In this document: one piece after another, positions 47,896-56,798 of the stretch
Position numbering within the stretch: the first letter of the stretch is position 1
Layout of the letters: each line of letters begins with the position of its first letter
Assembly (NCBI GenBank): GCA_964005815.1
Contig: CAXFSR010000043.1
Span: 99,307-163,306 of the forward strand
Origin: an uncultured Nitrospinaceae bacterium
GTDB taxonomy: Bacteria > UBA8248
DNA: 64,000 nucleotides
Reading direction: 5' to 3'
Position numbers and translations under genes: made by a program
The notes under the pieces: generated by a model
Told to the model about the DNA's origin: nothing
Seen by the model: the letters and a program-made list of their open reading frames with translations, nothing else
The model's database searches: none

Positions 47896-50763
47896 ATGCC
47901 AGCAATAGATATGAACTCTAGAGAATTTAAGCCACCCGAAGAAAAAACAAGTCCTATTCCCTTCTTTATATTGGGCATAATTTTTGTATTAATTACTGCC
48001 TGGACAGTCTGGGATGAAGCATTTACTCGAAGACCTTGGAAAAACTATCAAACTTCTTTCAACCAATACGAGAAAAATAAAGTTCAAAAGAAATTATCTG
48101 AAAAAGAATCTAAATTAAAAGATCCTCTTGCTAAAATAAACTCAAAAATCACTTCGCTTGAAAACAAAATACAAATTAATGAAACATTAAAGAAGCTAAA
48201 AGAGACACTAAAGGAGAAAGAGTTAGTAGCTTTCGAAAAAGTGCAAGATTATGGTTTCGCAAAAGCCGTTTATGACGAAACCTATTTTACATACGAAGAT
48301 GCTCTTCGAAAAGGAAAAGATATATCAGACTTGAAATTAAAGTTGGCTAATGAAGCAAAAAAAATGGGTAGACTTAAACCCATTGCAGAAAAAGCCGAAA
48401 AAGAAAGAGATGATATAAAATCCAAAATAGATTCAATTCTAAATCCACTTAAAAATTTAAAAAAGAAAAAAAGAGAGATAGCCAAAGAGATTTCTGTACT
48501 TCAGCGAAGAATAAGTTCCATAAATTCCAGAAAATATGAAATCAAACAATTAGTTTTAAGGGGTTTTGATAAAAATAATTTTAATGAACCTACTATGAGA
48601 GTAGACAGGTGTCAAAGTTGTCATTTGGCAATAGACCGTAAAGGTTTCGAAAATGCCAAGCAACCTTTCAAAACTCACCCAAACCGTAAATTCTATCTAA
48701 AATCAACACATAACATGAATGAAATTGGCTGCACCTCTTGTCACGGAGGTCAAGGGGCTGCAGTAACTTCGGTAGACAAGGCTCACGGTTTTGTACAGTT
48801 CTGGGAAGACCCTTTACTAAAAGGGAAAGAAACAGAAACTAAATGCAGAAATTGTCATACAGAAGTTTTCAATATTCCTAAGGCACCACACATCTCTCAA
48901 GGAATTTCATTAATTAGAGAATTGGGATGTCATGGATGTCATCTAATACCAGGAACAAAAGATATCAGAATGGTAGGCCCTAACTTATCGAGAATACAAG
49001 AAAAAGTTCAACCTGAATGGTTAGTATCATGGATCAAACGTCCAAAAGATTACAATCCTAGAACCAAGATGCCATTTTATGGTCTCTCTCAAAAAGAATC
49101 TGAAGATATTGCAAGTTACATATGGCATAGTGGCAAAAGAAAAATCAAGAAAGAAGAAGTTGCAGACCTAGGATCTTCCGTTCAAATTGAACAAGGGAAA
49201 AAGCTTTTTGAGTCAGTTGGCTGCTTAAGCTGCCATGTCAGAAGCGAAAATGATGTTTTGTCAAAGAAACCAATAAAAGGTGTTGACGGCAGACCTTTAG
49301 TTCTTACAAATAGAGATTATGCTCCTGCACTTCAAAAAGTATCACAAAAAGTTCAAACTGACTGGTTATATAGATGGTTGAAAAATCCGAAATCCTATTG
49401 GCATGAAACAAAGATGCCTAGTCTAAGACTAACAAAATCTGAATCTAAATCCATAACTTCATACCTACTTAGCCTGACTCCAAAGAAAAGCAAAAGAAAC
49501 TATACCCTTCGAAACGATCCAGCGACCTTAAAACGAGGTAAAGATTTAGTTGCCAAAAATGGATGTTATGGTTGTCATGTAATTCCAGGAACTGAAAAAT
49601 TATCAAAAATTGGTCCTAACCTTTCAAGGTTTGCAGTGAAGAAACCAGTTGAGCTTTCTTATGGAAACGTTCTTGATATACCGCACACTTGGGAAGCATG
49701 GACTTTTTCTAAACTTAAAAATCCAAAGATTTTCCAAACTGAACGTGAACAACTTTTGATGCCTAATTTTGGACTTTCAGATAAAGAAGTAACCCAAATC
49801 AGAACTTATTTACGATCGATGACACCTCACGCGGCTCCACATAATGTTCATCATCATTTAAATAAGAGACAGAAAAAAATAGAATCAGGAAGAAGGATGT
49901 TAGAAAAATATAATTGCCAAGGTTGCCACGTTATCGAAAATTGGGGAGGCAGTATAGTCAAAAGATACAATGACAAGAATAATGCTCCCCCTTACTTAAA
50001 TGGGGAAGGCAATAAAGTCCAACCTGATTGGTTATACGGTTTCTTGAATAATGTTGTCACGCTTCGTCCTTGGCTAAAAATAAGAATGCCAAGTTTTAAA
50101 ATGCCAAAAGAAGACTCTACTAAACTTGTTGAGTATTTTGCTGCAGTTGACAACAAAATGAGACCTTATATCCACTTCGAGTCTAAGTCTACCAAGGAAC
50201 AGTTAAACGAAGGCAAGAACTTATTTAATAAAGCTGAATGTGTTTCATGTCATGGGGAATGGCCACCTCCATCAGGCAAAGAACCACCATCAGCACCGAA
50301 TCTAAACTTAGCCAAGAAAAGACTCCGTCCTGAATGGATAGTATCTTGGTTAAAAGATCCACAAGCAATTATGCCTGGCACAAAAATGCCTACTTTCTGG
50401 CCCGGCGCTGGTATAAGTTCAAATATTATTAAAGGAAAATTTGAAGAAAAAGAAGACGGAAATTGGATTTACATTTTGGAATCAGATAAAGAATCCGACG
50501 TTCCTGAGGAGTTTGCCACTCTCTATATAAAAAATAAAACTATTAAAGTTAAAGTGCTGGAAGTAGATGAGAAAACATTGCGTATTTCTAGCCCCATCAA
50601 AATAGATAGCAAGTTCACAAATATTAAAATAACAAGTCATGGAGAACCTATAGATCCTGAAATATTAGGTGGTGATGCTCTTGAACAGATGAGAGTATTA
50701 AGAGATTATCTAATGATAGAAACTAACCTCACTAAAAGCACAAATGATATGAGGAAAGGATGA
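47896..50763 (+). CDS. Membrane-anchored octaheme cytochrome c subunit of a Rieske/cyt b complex
   Basis: Eight CxxCH motifs (CQSCH, CTSCH, CRNCH, CHGCH, CLSCH, CYGCH, CQGCH, CVSCH); N-terminal TM, coiled coil, and repeated class-I modules ending in MP. Confidence 0.93.
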   Translation: MPAIDMNSREFKPPEEKTSPIPFFILGIIFVLITAWTVWDEAFTRRPWKNYQTSFNQYEKNKVQKKLSEKESKLKDPLAKINSKITSLENKIQINETLKKLKETLKEKELVAFEKVQDYGFAKAVYDETYFTYEDALRKGKDISDLKLKLANEAKKMGRLKPIAEKAEKERDDIKSKIDSILNPLKNLKKKKREIAKEISVLQRRISSINSRKYEIKQLVLRGFDKNNFNEPTMRVDRCQSCHLAIDRKGFENAKQPFKTHPNRKFYLKSTHNMNEIGCTSCHGGQGAAVTSVDKAHGFVQFWEDPLLKGKETETKCRNCHTEVFNIPKAPHISQGISLIRELGCHGCHLIPGTKDIRMVGPNLSRIQEKVQPEWLVSWIKRPKDYNPRTKMPFYGLSQKESEDIASYIWHSGKRKIKKEEVADLGSSVQIEQGKKLFESVGCLSCHVRSENDVLSKKPIKGVDGRPLVLTNRDYAPALQKVSQKVQTDWLYRWLKNPKSYWHETKMPSLRLTKSESKSITSYLLSLTPKKSKRNYTLRNDPATLKRGKDLVAKNGCYGCHVIPGTEKLSKIGPNLSRFAVKKPVELSYGNVLDIPHTWEAWTFSKLKNPKIFQTEREQLLMPNFGLSDKEVTQIRTYLRSMTPHAAPHNVHHHLNKRQKKIESGRRMLEKYNCQGCHVIENWGGSIVKRYNDKNNAPPYLNGEGNKVQPDWLYGFLNNVVTLRPWLKIRMPSFKMPKEDSTKLVEYFAAVDNKMRPYIHFESKSTKEQLNEGKNLFNKAECVSCHGEWPPPSGKEPPSAPNLNLAKKRLRPEWIVSWLKDPQAIMPGTKMPTFWPGAGISSNIIKGKFEEKEDGNWIYILESDKESDVPEEFATLYIKNKTIKVKVLEVDEKTLRISSPIKIDSKFTNIKITSHGEPIDPEILGGDALEQMRVLRDYLMIETNLTKSTNDMRKG

Positions 50764-51314
50764 CCGAAGCTAGAGACAGAAAACAAGTCAAACTGCCAGC
50801 TGAATACGAAGCTGAACAACAACATAAATCTTCTAACATAGACAGAAGAAGATTTATGAATTATACGGGTTGGCTTGGCATCCTTGGAAGTTTAGGAATC
50901 GCTTTATTAGGTTTCTTGCGTTTTTTGTTTCCAAGAGTTCTGTTTGAACCAAGAACGGAATTTAAAGCTGGCAATCCAAACGATTATGCAGTTGGTGCTG
51001 TAGACACAAGATATTTGAATAGTGAGCGCGTATATATTATCAGAGAAGAAGATGGATTTTACGCTTTAAGCGGTGTATGTACCCACCTAGGATGCACCCC
51101 TGCATGGTTAGCTTCTGAAAATAAGTTTAAATGCCCTTGCCATGGTAGCGGATTTAAAAGAAGCGGTGTTAATTTTGAAGGTCCTGCACCAAGACCTTTA
51201 GAAAGACATAAAATAGTCCTTGCGGAAGATGGGCAATTATTAATAGATAAAGGAAAATTATTCAGACAAGAGAAAGATGAATGGAATAAACCTGAAGCTT
51301 TTCTCTATTTATAG
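50760..51314 (+). CDS. Rieske iron-sulfur subunit
   Basis: Tat-like DRRRFM plus TM, CTHLGC, CPCHGS, GPAPRPL. Confidence 0.96.
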   Translation: MTEARDRKQVKLPAEYEAEQQHKSSNIDRRRFMNYTGWLGILGSLGIALLGFLRFLFPRVLFEPRTEFKAGNPNDYAVGAVDTRYLNSERVYIIREEDGFYALSGVCTHLGCTPAWLASENKFKCPCHGSGFKRSGVNFEGPAPRPLERHKIVLAEDGQLLIDKGKLFRQEKDEWNKPEAFLYL

Positions 51315-51369
51315 AAAACAAAAAGTGTTTTTTGCTGACGAATTAAGTCATGCATGGAGGATGCAATAA

Positions 51370-52158
51370 ATGAGAGGTTTAAAGGAAAGATTTAATTTAG
51401 ACAAACTTAAAAGTAATTTAATAGGTTCTCAGGTTTGGAGATCCATGTTTCGACATGGCTACGAAGATACACCGAGAAACAGAGTATTAATGGTTGTAGA
51501 CAATCTCTGGCTCCACCTCCATCCAACAAAAATTCGAAGACACGCAATTAGAATCCGGTTTACATGGTGTATGGGAGGAATTACTTTTCTTCTATTTCTT
51601 TATCTTGTAGTAACAGGTGTTGTTTTAATGTTTTACTATAGACCAGTGGGCGAATATGCTTATGCGGACATCAAATTCCTTGAGTTTGATGCACCTTTTG
51701 GAATGTTTATGCGTAATATGCACAGATGGGCTGCCCACGCAATGGTTATTGCTGTTTGGCTCCATATGTTACGTGTTTTTATGACTGGTTCATATAAACA
51801 ACCTAGAGAATTCAACTGGGTTATCGGGGTTTTACTTTTGACAGTTACGTTACTTCTTAGTTTTACTGGATATTTATTACCATGGGATCAATTAGCTATG
51901 TGGGCTGTAACAGTTGGGACCAATATGGCCAGAGCCACTCCACTTCTCGGTAGTGAGGGACCATTTGCAGAGTTCGTTGGTGTTACTCCTAGGCTTGATG
52001 CGCGTTCTGCACTACTTGGGGGGACTATCGTTGGACCACCCACTTTACTCAGATTCTATGTTTTGCATTGTATAGTCATACCGCTTATAGCATCAATTTT
52101 AATGATGGTGCATTTTTGGAGAATCAGAAAAGATGGTGGAATTTCTGGTCCTTTATAA
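51370..52158 (+). CDS. Cytochrome b, N-terminal half (cyt b6-like)
   Basis: [52 protein letters not shown]. Confidence 0.95.
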   Translation: MRGLKERFNLDKLKSNLIGSQVWRSMFRHGYEDTPRNRVLMVVDNLWLHLHPTKIRRHAIRIRFTWCMGGITFLLFLYLVVTGVVLMFYYRPVGEYAYADIKFLEFDAPFGMFMRNMHRWAAHAMVIAVWLHMLRVFMTGSYKQPREFNWVIGVLLLTVTLLLSFTGYLLPWDQLAMWAVTVGTNMARATPLLGSEGPFAEFVGVTPRLDARSALLGGTIVGPPTLLRFYVLHCIVIPLIASILMMVHFWRIRKDGGISGPL

Positions 52159-52186
52159 TAATTTCTTGATTTGAAAGGCACTGAGA

Positions 52187-52972
52187 TTGGCTAAAGAAGA
52201 TAAGGTTATTGGTTCTGCTGAAGACATGCCACAAACTAGCTGGGAAAGGGTTAATGACAAGGTTCATGTTTGGCCCTATTTAACCCGCCTTGAGTTTATG
52301 TGCGCTATTATTATCACCCTAGTTTTGGTCGTCTGGTCAATCTTAATTGATGCACCTTTAGAGGAACCTGCCAACCCATCAGTAACACCTAATCCCTCAA
52401 AAGCTCCTTGGTACTTCCTTGGCCTACAGGAAATGTTAGTTTATTTCGATCCTTGGATGGCAGGTGTTGTGTTACCTACTCTAATTATTATAGGTCTAAT
52501 GGCTATCCCCTATATTGATGTAAATCCGAAGGGTAACGGTTATTATTCCTACAAAGAAAGAAGATTTGCCATACTTACCTTCCTTTTTGGTTTTCTAGTA
52601 CTTTGGGTTTGGTTAGTCATACAGGGAACTTTTATGAGAGGACCAGGATGGAACTTCTTTATGCCATGGGAATATTGGGATTCACACAAAGTTGTGGCTT
52701 TAACTAATGTAGATTTTCCTTATTGGCTTGGGTTTAGAGACTACTGGGTACAAGCTGCTGTTGGAGGATTATCTATCGTAGCACTTTATGCAACAATTCC
52801 AATTTGGTACTTTTTTAGAAGAAACACTGAAAAAATGAAAAACAAAGGGTTGGTAAGATATAATATAGAAGCATTCCTGTTTGTTACTATGATGGGGCTC
52901 GTAATTAAAATGTTGCTTAGAATCTTCTTAAATATTAAATACATAATGGTTACACCTTGGATTAACTTTTAA
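52187..52972 (+). CDS. Cytochrome b C-terminal half / subunit IV (PetD-like)
   Basis: VWPYL, APLEEPANP..TPNPSKAPWYFLGLQE, RGPGWNFF; TTG start. Confidence 0.9.
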   Translation: MAKEDKVIGSAEDMPQTSWERVNDKVHVWPYLTRLEFMCAIIITLVLVVWSILIDAPLEEPANPSVTPNPSKAPWYFLGLQEMLVYFDPWMAGVVLPTLIIIGLMAIPYIDVNPKGNGYYSYKERRFAILTFLFGFLVLWVWLVIQGTFMRGPGWNFFMPWEYWDSHKVVALTNVDFPYWLGFRDYWVQAAVGGLSIVALYATIPIWYFFRRNTEKMKNKGLVRYNIEAFLFVTMMGLVIKMLLRIFLNIKYIMVTPWINF

Positions 52973-52982
52973 GGGATTATAA

Positions 52983-53087
52983 ATGGTTCAAGAAAGAGAT
53001 AAAAAACACCTATGGTGGGATGCTTGTGGGTTTAAAGTGATAATCTTCTTAGCGATTGGTATAGGTACATACTTCTTTTTAGCATAA
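52983..53087 (+). CDS. Putative 34-aa single-TM small subunit at the end of the bc operon
   Basis: Not in track. SD AAGGGA; MVQERDKKHLWWDACGFKVIIFLAIGIGTYFFLA; starts 10 nt after the subunit IV stop. Confidence 0.65.
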   Translation: MVQERDKKHLWWDACGFKVIIFLAIGIGTYFFLA

Positions 53088-53095
53088 AATTCAAA

Positions 53096-53608
53096 TTAAT
53101 TTTCTGGCCAAGTCTGCAACCCTCTTGAAATTAAAATTTCTTTCAACTTATTCACATTGATTAATTCCATAGGCGCACCTTCTGAGTATTTCTGAACTTC
53201 TTCAGAGAAGTATCCAGTAGTTATTAAAATACCTTTTAATGCAGCTTCTGCTCTAACTGTATCAGACAACCCTATTACTCTTATTGAAGAAACATATTCT
53301 CCTTCTGGAACTAAAATGCCATGTACAATATAGTTCCCACCAACTATTTCCATAGGGTTGTTAGCTAAAATATCAATTTCACGACTATTAACCCAATTTG
53401 TTTCTAAAATTTGCATACCTAGATCATCTAATATTTCTCGGATCATTTTTTCAAAAGACTCTGGTGAAATTGACCTAAGAATTTCTATATCTTTATCATC
53501 TCTCATTTCATCTGCAGCTTCTTCCATAGCTACATTAGTAGTTGTTTTTTTAACAAAGAAAATTAATACAAATCCTACAAATAAAGCAAAAACAACAAGT
53601 TCTAGCAT
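53096..53608 (-). CDS. Membrane-anchored Mrr-like (PD-(D/E)xK fold) domain protein
   Basis: N-terminal TM, SPESFEKMI..L...G, IDILA, KGILITTGYFS..., MELIN...L. Confidence 0.72.
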   Translation of the reverse strand: MLELVVFALFVGFVLIFFVKKTTTNVAMEEAADEMRDDKDIEILRSISPESFEKMIREILDDLGMQILETNWVNSREIDILANNPMEIVGGNYIVHGILVPEGEYVSSIRVIGLSDTVRAEAALKGILITTGYFSEEVQKYSEGAPMELINVNKLKEILISRGLQTWPEN

Positions 53609-53677
53609 AAAACGTACCCCTGAATTGCAAAAATTAAAATAAAAAGGGTCAAAGAAAAGTACAGGACAGAAGGGAAA

Positions 53678-53845
53678 CTAACGAATCATACGATCATAGA
53701 CTTCGTTTTTTTTCCCCTGCTCTATTAGTTCATCGTGCTTAAAAGCTTGCGAGAGAGCTAACCAGCAGTAATAGATAACCAAAGGAAGCATAATAGCAAT
53801 TGGGATATTGTCAGGTTTTGTGAGTATAGCAAGAAAGTTTTCCAT
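53678..53845 (-). CDS. 55-aa KPDNIPI membrane peptide, putatively associated with the cyt b complex
   Basis: Not in track. MENFLAILTKPDNIPIAIMLPLVIYYCWLALSQAFKHDELIEQGKKNEVYDRMIR; SD-like AGGGTGG upstream. Confidence 0.75.
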   Translation of the reverse strand: MENFLAILTKPDNIPIAIMLPLVIYYCWLALSQAFKHDELIEQGKKNEVYDRMIR

Positions 53846-54029
53846 TAATAATCCACCCTAAAAATAATATAAAATGCAACTACATTTTGAATGATTTTAA
53901 ACTTTCGATCAACACTGCTAATGAATTGAAAATTTGTTAACAAAAATTCAAAAAATAGTTGATGTATAACACCTGCCTTTGTTAACATAATGAAAGTAAT
54001 GCCCGTAAACGTTTCTAGAGGATTTTCTA

Positions 54030-54509
54030 TTGCCACATTTTATTTTTGATTCTTGCATTGGTTGCGACGTTTGTTTGCCTGTTTGCCCTACAAAAGCAAT
54101 TACAGGAGAGTCGAGGGAAATATACAAAATAGACCCTACCTTATGTATTGATTGTGGAGTATGTGGAAAATATTGTCCTGCAGCCGCTATACAAGATGAC
54201 GCAGGAAATATAATAGAAAATATCAAACATAAAGATATGCCTAAGGCATTTGTCATGGAAGAGAATTGTACCGGTTGTGTATGGTGCGTGGATATTTGTC
54301 CTTTCGATTGCATTATCATGTCTGATTCATCAGTTGAAAGAGATCATAGTCAGGTTGCCGTAGTCGATGAAAGCAAATGTGTAGGTTGCAGGCTATGCGA
54401 AGAAATATGCAATAAAGGAGCAATTATAGTTCCGAAACATTCTGATGAAGCTGAATACATGACTCCATTCATGCATGAATTTGTCACTTCACCTTTAAGA
54501 GCTTATTGA
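54030..54509 (+). CDS. Polyferredoxin with four 4Fe-4S motifs
   Basis: CIGCDVCLPVCP, CIDCGVCGKYCP, CTGCVWCVDICP, CVGCRLCEEIC; TTG start with GAGG SD. Confidence 0.9.
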   Translation: MPHFIFDSCIGCDVCLPVCPTKAITGESREIYKIDPTLCIDCGVCGKYCPAAAIQDDAGNIIENIKHKDMPKAFVMEENCTGCVWCVDICPFDCIIMSDSSVERDHSQVAVVDESKCVGCRLCEEICNKGAIIVPKHSDEAEYMTPFMHEFVTSPLRAY

Positions 54510-54569
54510 TAAGTTCCCTTGATGTTATCCAGTTATTCTTAGCTACAAAATTTTCTTTGAAGGCAAACT

Positions 54570-56789
54570 ATGGAACCAATATTAAAAAATAGGGTACCTG
54601 CCAGAATTCTTGATATTACAGAGATGGTGACTGAATATGCACCAGGATATGAGAAATTTATTAATGAAGCATTTCTTTTCACTGCCAATTTCCATACTGG
54701 CCAGTTTAGGAGTTCTGGACAACCCTATATTTCTCATCCCCTAGAAGTAGGATTAATGTTGGCAGAAATGAAACAAGATCCCGAAACTATTGCTGCAGGG
54801 TTACTCCATGACACCTTAGAAGACACTCGGGCTACAAAAAATGAGATAAATGAAAATTTCGGTGAAATAACTGCAAACCTAGTAGATGGAGTAACAAAAT
54901 TAAATCGGCTAGATATTCCAAATACGAGAACAAGACAAGCAGAGAATTACCGAAAGATGTTAGTCGCAATGTCTAATGATATTAGAGTTATAATAATCAA
55001 GTTAATTGATCGTTTACATAATGCTATGACTCTTGAGTATCTCCCAAATGAAGCCAGAAAAAGAATAGCCCTCGAGACACACGAGGTATATGCACCTCTC
55101 GCAAATCGACTAGGAATTGGTTGGTTAAAAGAAGCTCTTGAAGATATATCATTTAAACATTTATATCCTGAAGAAAATGAAAAAATTGAAACCCTATTAA
55201 AAGAGGGGCTAGAAGATATAGAAACTTATCTTGAAAACGTAAAATTAGAAGTTGAAAAAGAAATGGCAAAAAATAGGATAAATGGCATTTTAAGTAGTCG
55301 ATACAAATTAAACTCTAGTATTTTCAGAAAAATGAAATCTCAAAATCTAGATTTTCATCAGGTATTTGATATATGCGGAATTAGAATTGTCGTCGAGAGT
55401 CCAATGGATTGCTATTCCGTTTTTGGCTTACTTCACACAAAATGGAAACCTATACCTGGGAGATTTCGAGACTATATCGCTCTTCCTAAATCTAATTTAT
55501 ACCAGTCTCTTCACACAACCGTCATTGCGATGAACGGGCAAAGAGTTGAATTTCAAATTCGCACTAAAGAAATGGACCAAGTTGCAAATGAAGGATTAGC
55601 TGCTCATTGGCAATATAAGGAAAATAGGAATTTAGACAAAGATACTTTTGATAAGTTTAAATGGCTAAGACAAATTATTGAAAACATGAGTGATGAAACA
55701 GACCCTGGCAGTCTCCTTGATTCTTTCAAAGTAAACTTATTTGAAGACGAGGTTTTCGTTTTCACACCAAGAGGAGATGTTAAAAGTTTTCCAAAAGGTT
55801 CTAGTGCTTTAGATTTTGCTTTTGCTATACATTCTGAAGTAGGAATACACTGCGTAGGTGCTAAAATCAACGGCCGCGTCGTCCCTATAACAAAAGAGTT
55901 AGAAAACGGAGACGTGATAGAAGTTGTTACAAATGAAAATAGAACTCCAAGTCCTGAGTGGCTACATTCTGTTTTAACTCCAAAAGCAAAACAAGAAATC
56001 AAAAATTGGCTTAGACAGCAACAAAAGTTCCGTTCTACTCTTTTAGGAAGAGAACTCTTAGATCATGATTTAAAAAGAATCGATCACGAATTAAAAACAC
56101 CTATTCAGGATAAAGACCTACTACCTATTACTGAAAAAATGGGATTCAAAACTATAGATGATCTTCTCGCTGCAATAGGCTTTGGCAATTTAATGTCAAA
56201 AGAAGTTATGCAGCACCTACTTCCTGAAAATGTTATAGAAGATTTCGAAAAACGTGAAAATTCAAGAATAAGAAGATTTTTGCGTCGTATAACTAAAAGA
56301 TCCAATACAGGCATTAAGATAAAAGGTCATGATGAGAAACTAATAAGATTTGCGAAGTGTTGCGACCCTATACCGGGAGATCCTGTGACTGGATTTATAA
56401 CACGTGGCAAAGGTATCTCGATTCATGCAAAAGACTGTGAGAATATCAGTGAATTCTTAAACCAAGAAGAACAATTACTAGAGGTAGACTGGGATGTATC
56501 TGAAAGCAAAGAATTACATCCAGTTCCCTTATCTCTTGAAGCAAAAGATGAACCCGGAGTTCTCGCCGAGATTAGTGCTTCTATAGCAAAATGTGATGCA
56601 AACATTGCATGGCTTAGTGCAAAAACCCACAAACAGATTGCAGGCATACAACTAGAGGTGCAGGTTTATGACCTAAAACATCTAAAAAAAGTGACAAAAA
56701 GTATAAGAAAGTTAAGTACAATAAAATCCGTTAATAGGCTACATCCATCTATAGCCAGGAATACAAAATATTACGAAAATGAAACATAA
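54570..56789 (+). CDS. rel: Bifunctional (p)ppGpp synthetase/hydrolase (long RSH)
   Basis: HD domain (HP.EV, LLHDTLED), synthetase (RFRDYIA.PK, YQSLHT, EFQIRT), TGS (DFAFAIHS), CC (AKCCDP) and ACT domains. Confidence 0.95.
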   Translation: MEPILKNRVPARILDITEMVTEYAPGYEKFINEAFLFTANFHTGQFRSSGQPYISHPLEVGLMLAEMKQDPETIAAGLLHDTLEDTRATKNEINENFGEITANLVDGVTKLNRLDIPNTRTRQAENYRKMLVAMSNDIRVIIIKLIDRLHNAMTLEYLPNEARKRIALETHEVYAPLANRLGIGWLKEALEDISFKHLYPEENEKIETLLKEGLEDIETYLENVKLEVEKEMAKNRINGILSSRYKLNSSIFRKMKSQNLDFHQVFDICGIRIVVESPMDCYSVFGLLHTKWKPIPGRFRDYIALPKSNLYQSLHTTVIAMNGQRVEFQIRTKEMDQVANEGLAAHWQYKENRNLDKDTFDKFKWLRQIIENMSDETDPGSLLDSFKVNLFEDEVFVFTPRGDVKSFPKGSSALDFAFAIHSEVGIHCVGAKINGRVVPITKELENGDVIEVVTNENRTPSPEWLHSVLTPKAKQEIKNWLRQQQKFRSTLLGRELLDHDLKRIDHELKTPIQDKDLLPITEKMGFKTIDDLLAAIGFGNLMSKEVMQHLLPENVIEDFEKRENSRIRRFLRRITKRSNTGIKIKGHDEKLIRFAKCCDPIPGDPVTGFITRGKGISIHAKDCENISEFLNQEEQLLEVDWDVSESKELHPVPLSLEAKDEPGVLAEISASIAKCDANIAWLSAKTHKQIAGIQLEVQVYDLKHLKKVTKSIRKLSTIKSVNRLHPSIARNTKYYENET

Positions 56790-56798
56790 TTGAATTTA

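Noticed and set aside
47896-50763. Hydroxylamine oxidoreductase or octaheme nitrite reductase
   Set aside because: Heme spacing and the repeated class-I His/Met modules do not match HAO/ONR, and there is no CxxCK motif.
53096-53608. Restriction-modification or anti-phage defence system
   Set aside because: Lone Mrr-like domain lacking the catalytic Lys, with no methyltransferase or other defence genes nearby.
53845-54319. Track ORFs 53845-54036 and 53948-54319 on the minus strand
   Set aside because: They overlap the polyferredoxin or its AT-rich divergent promoter region and have no motifs; the real gene in this area is 53678-53845.
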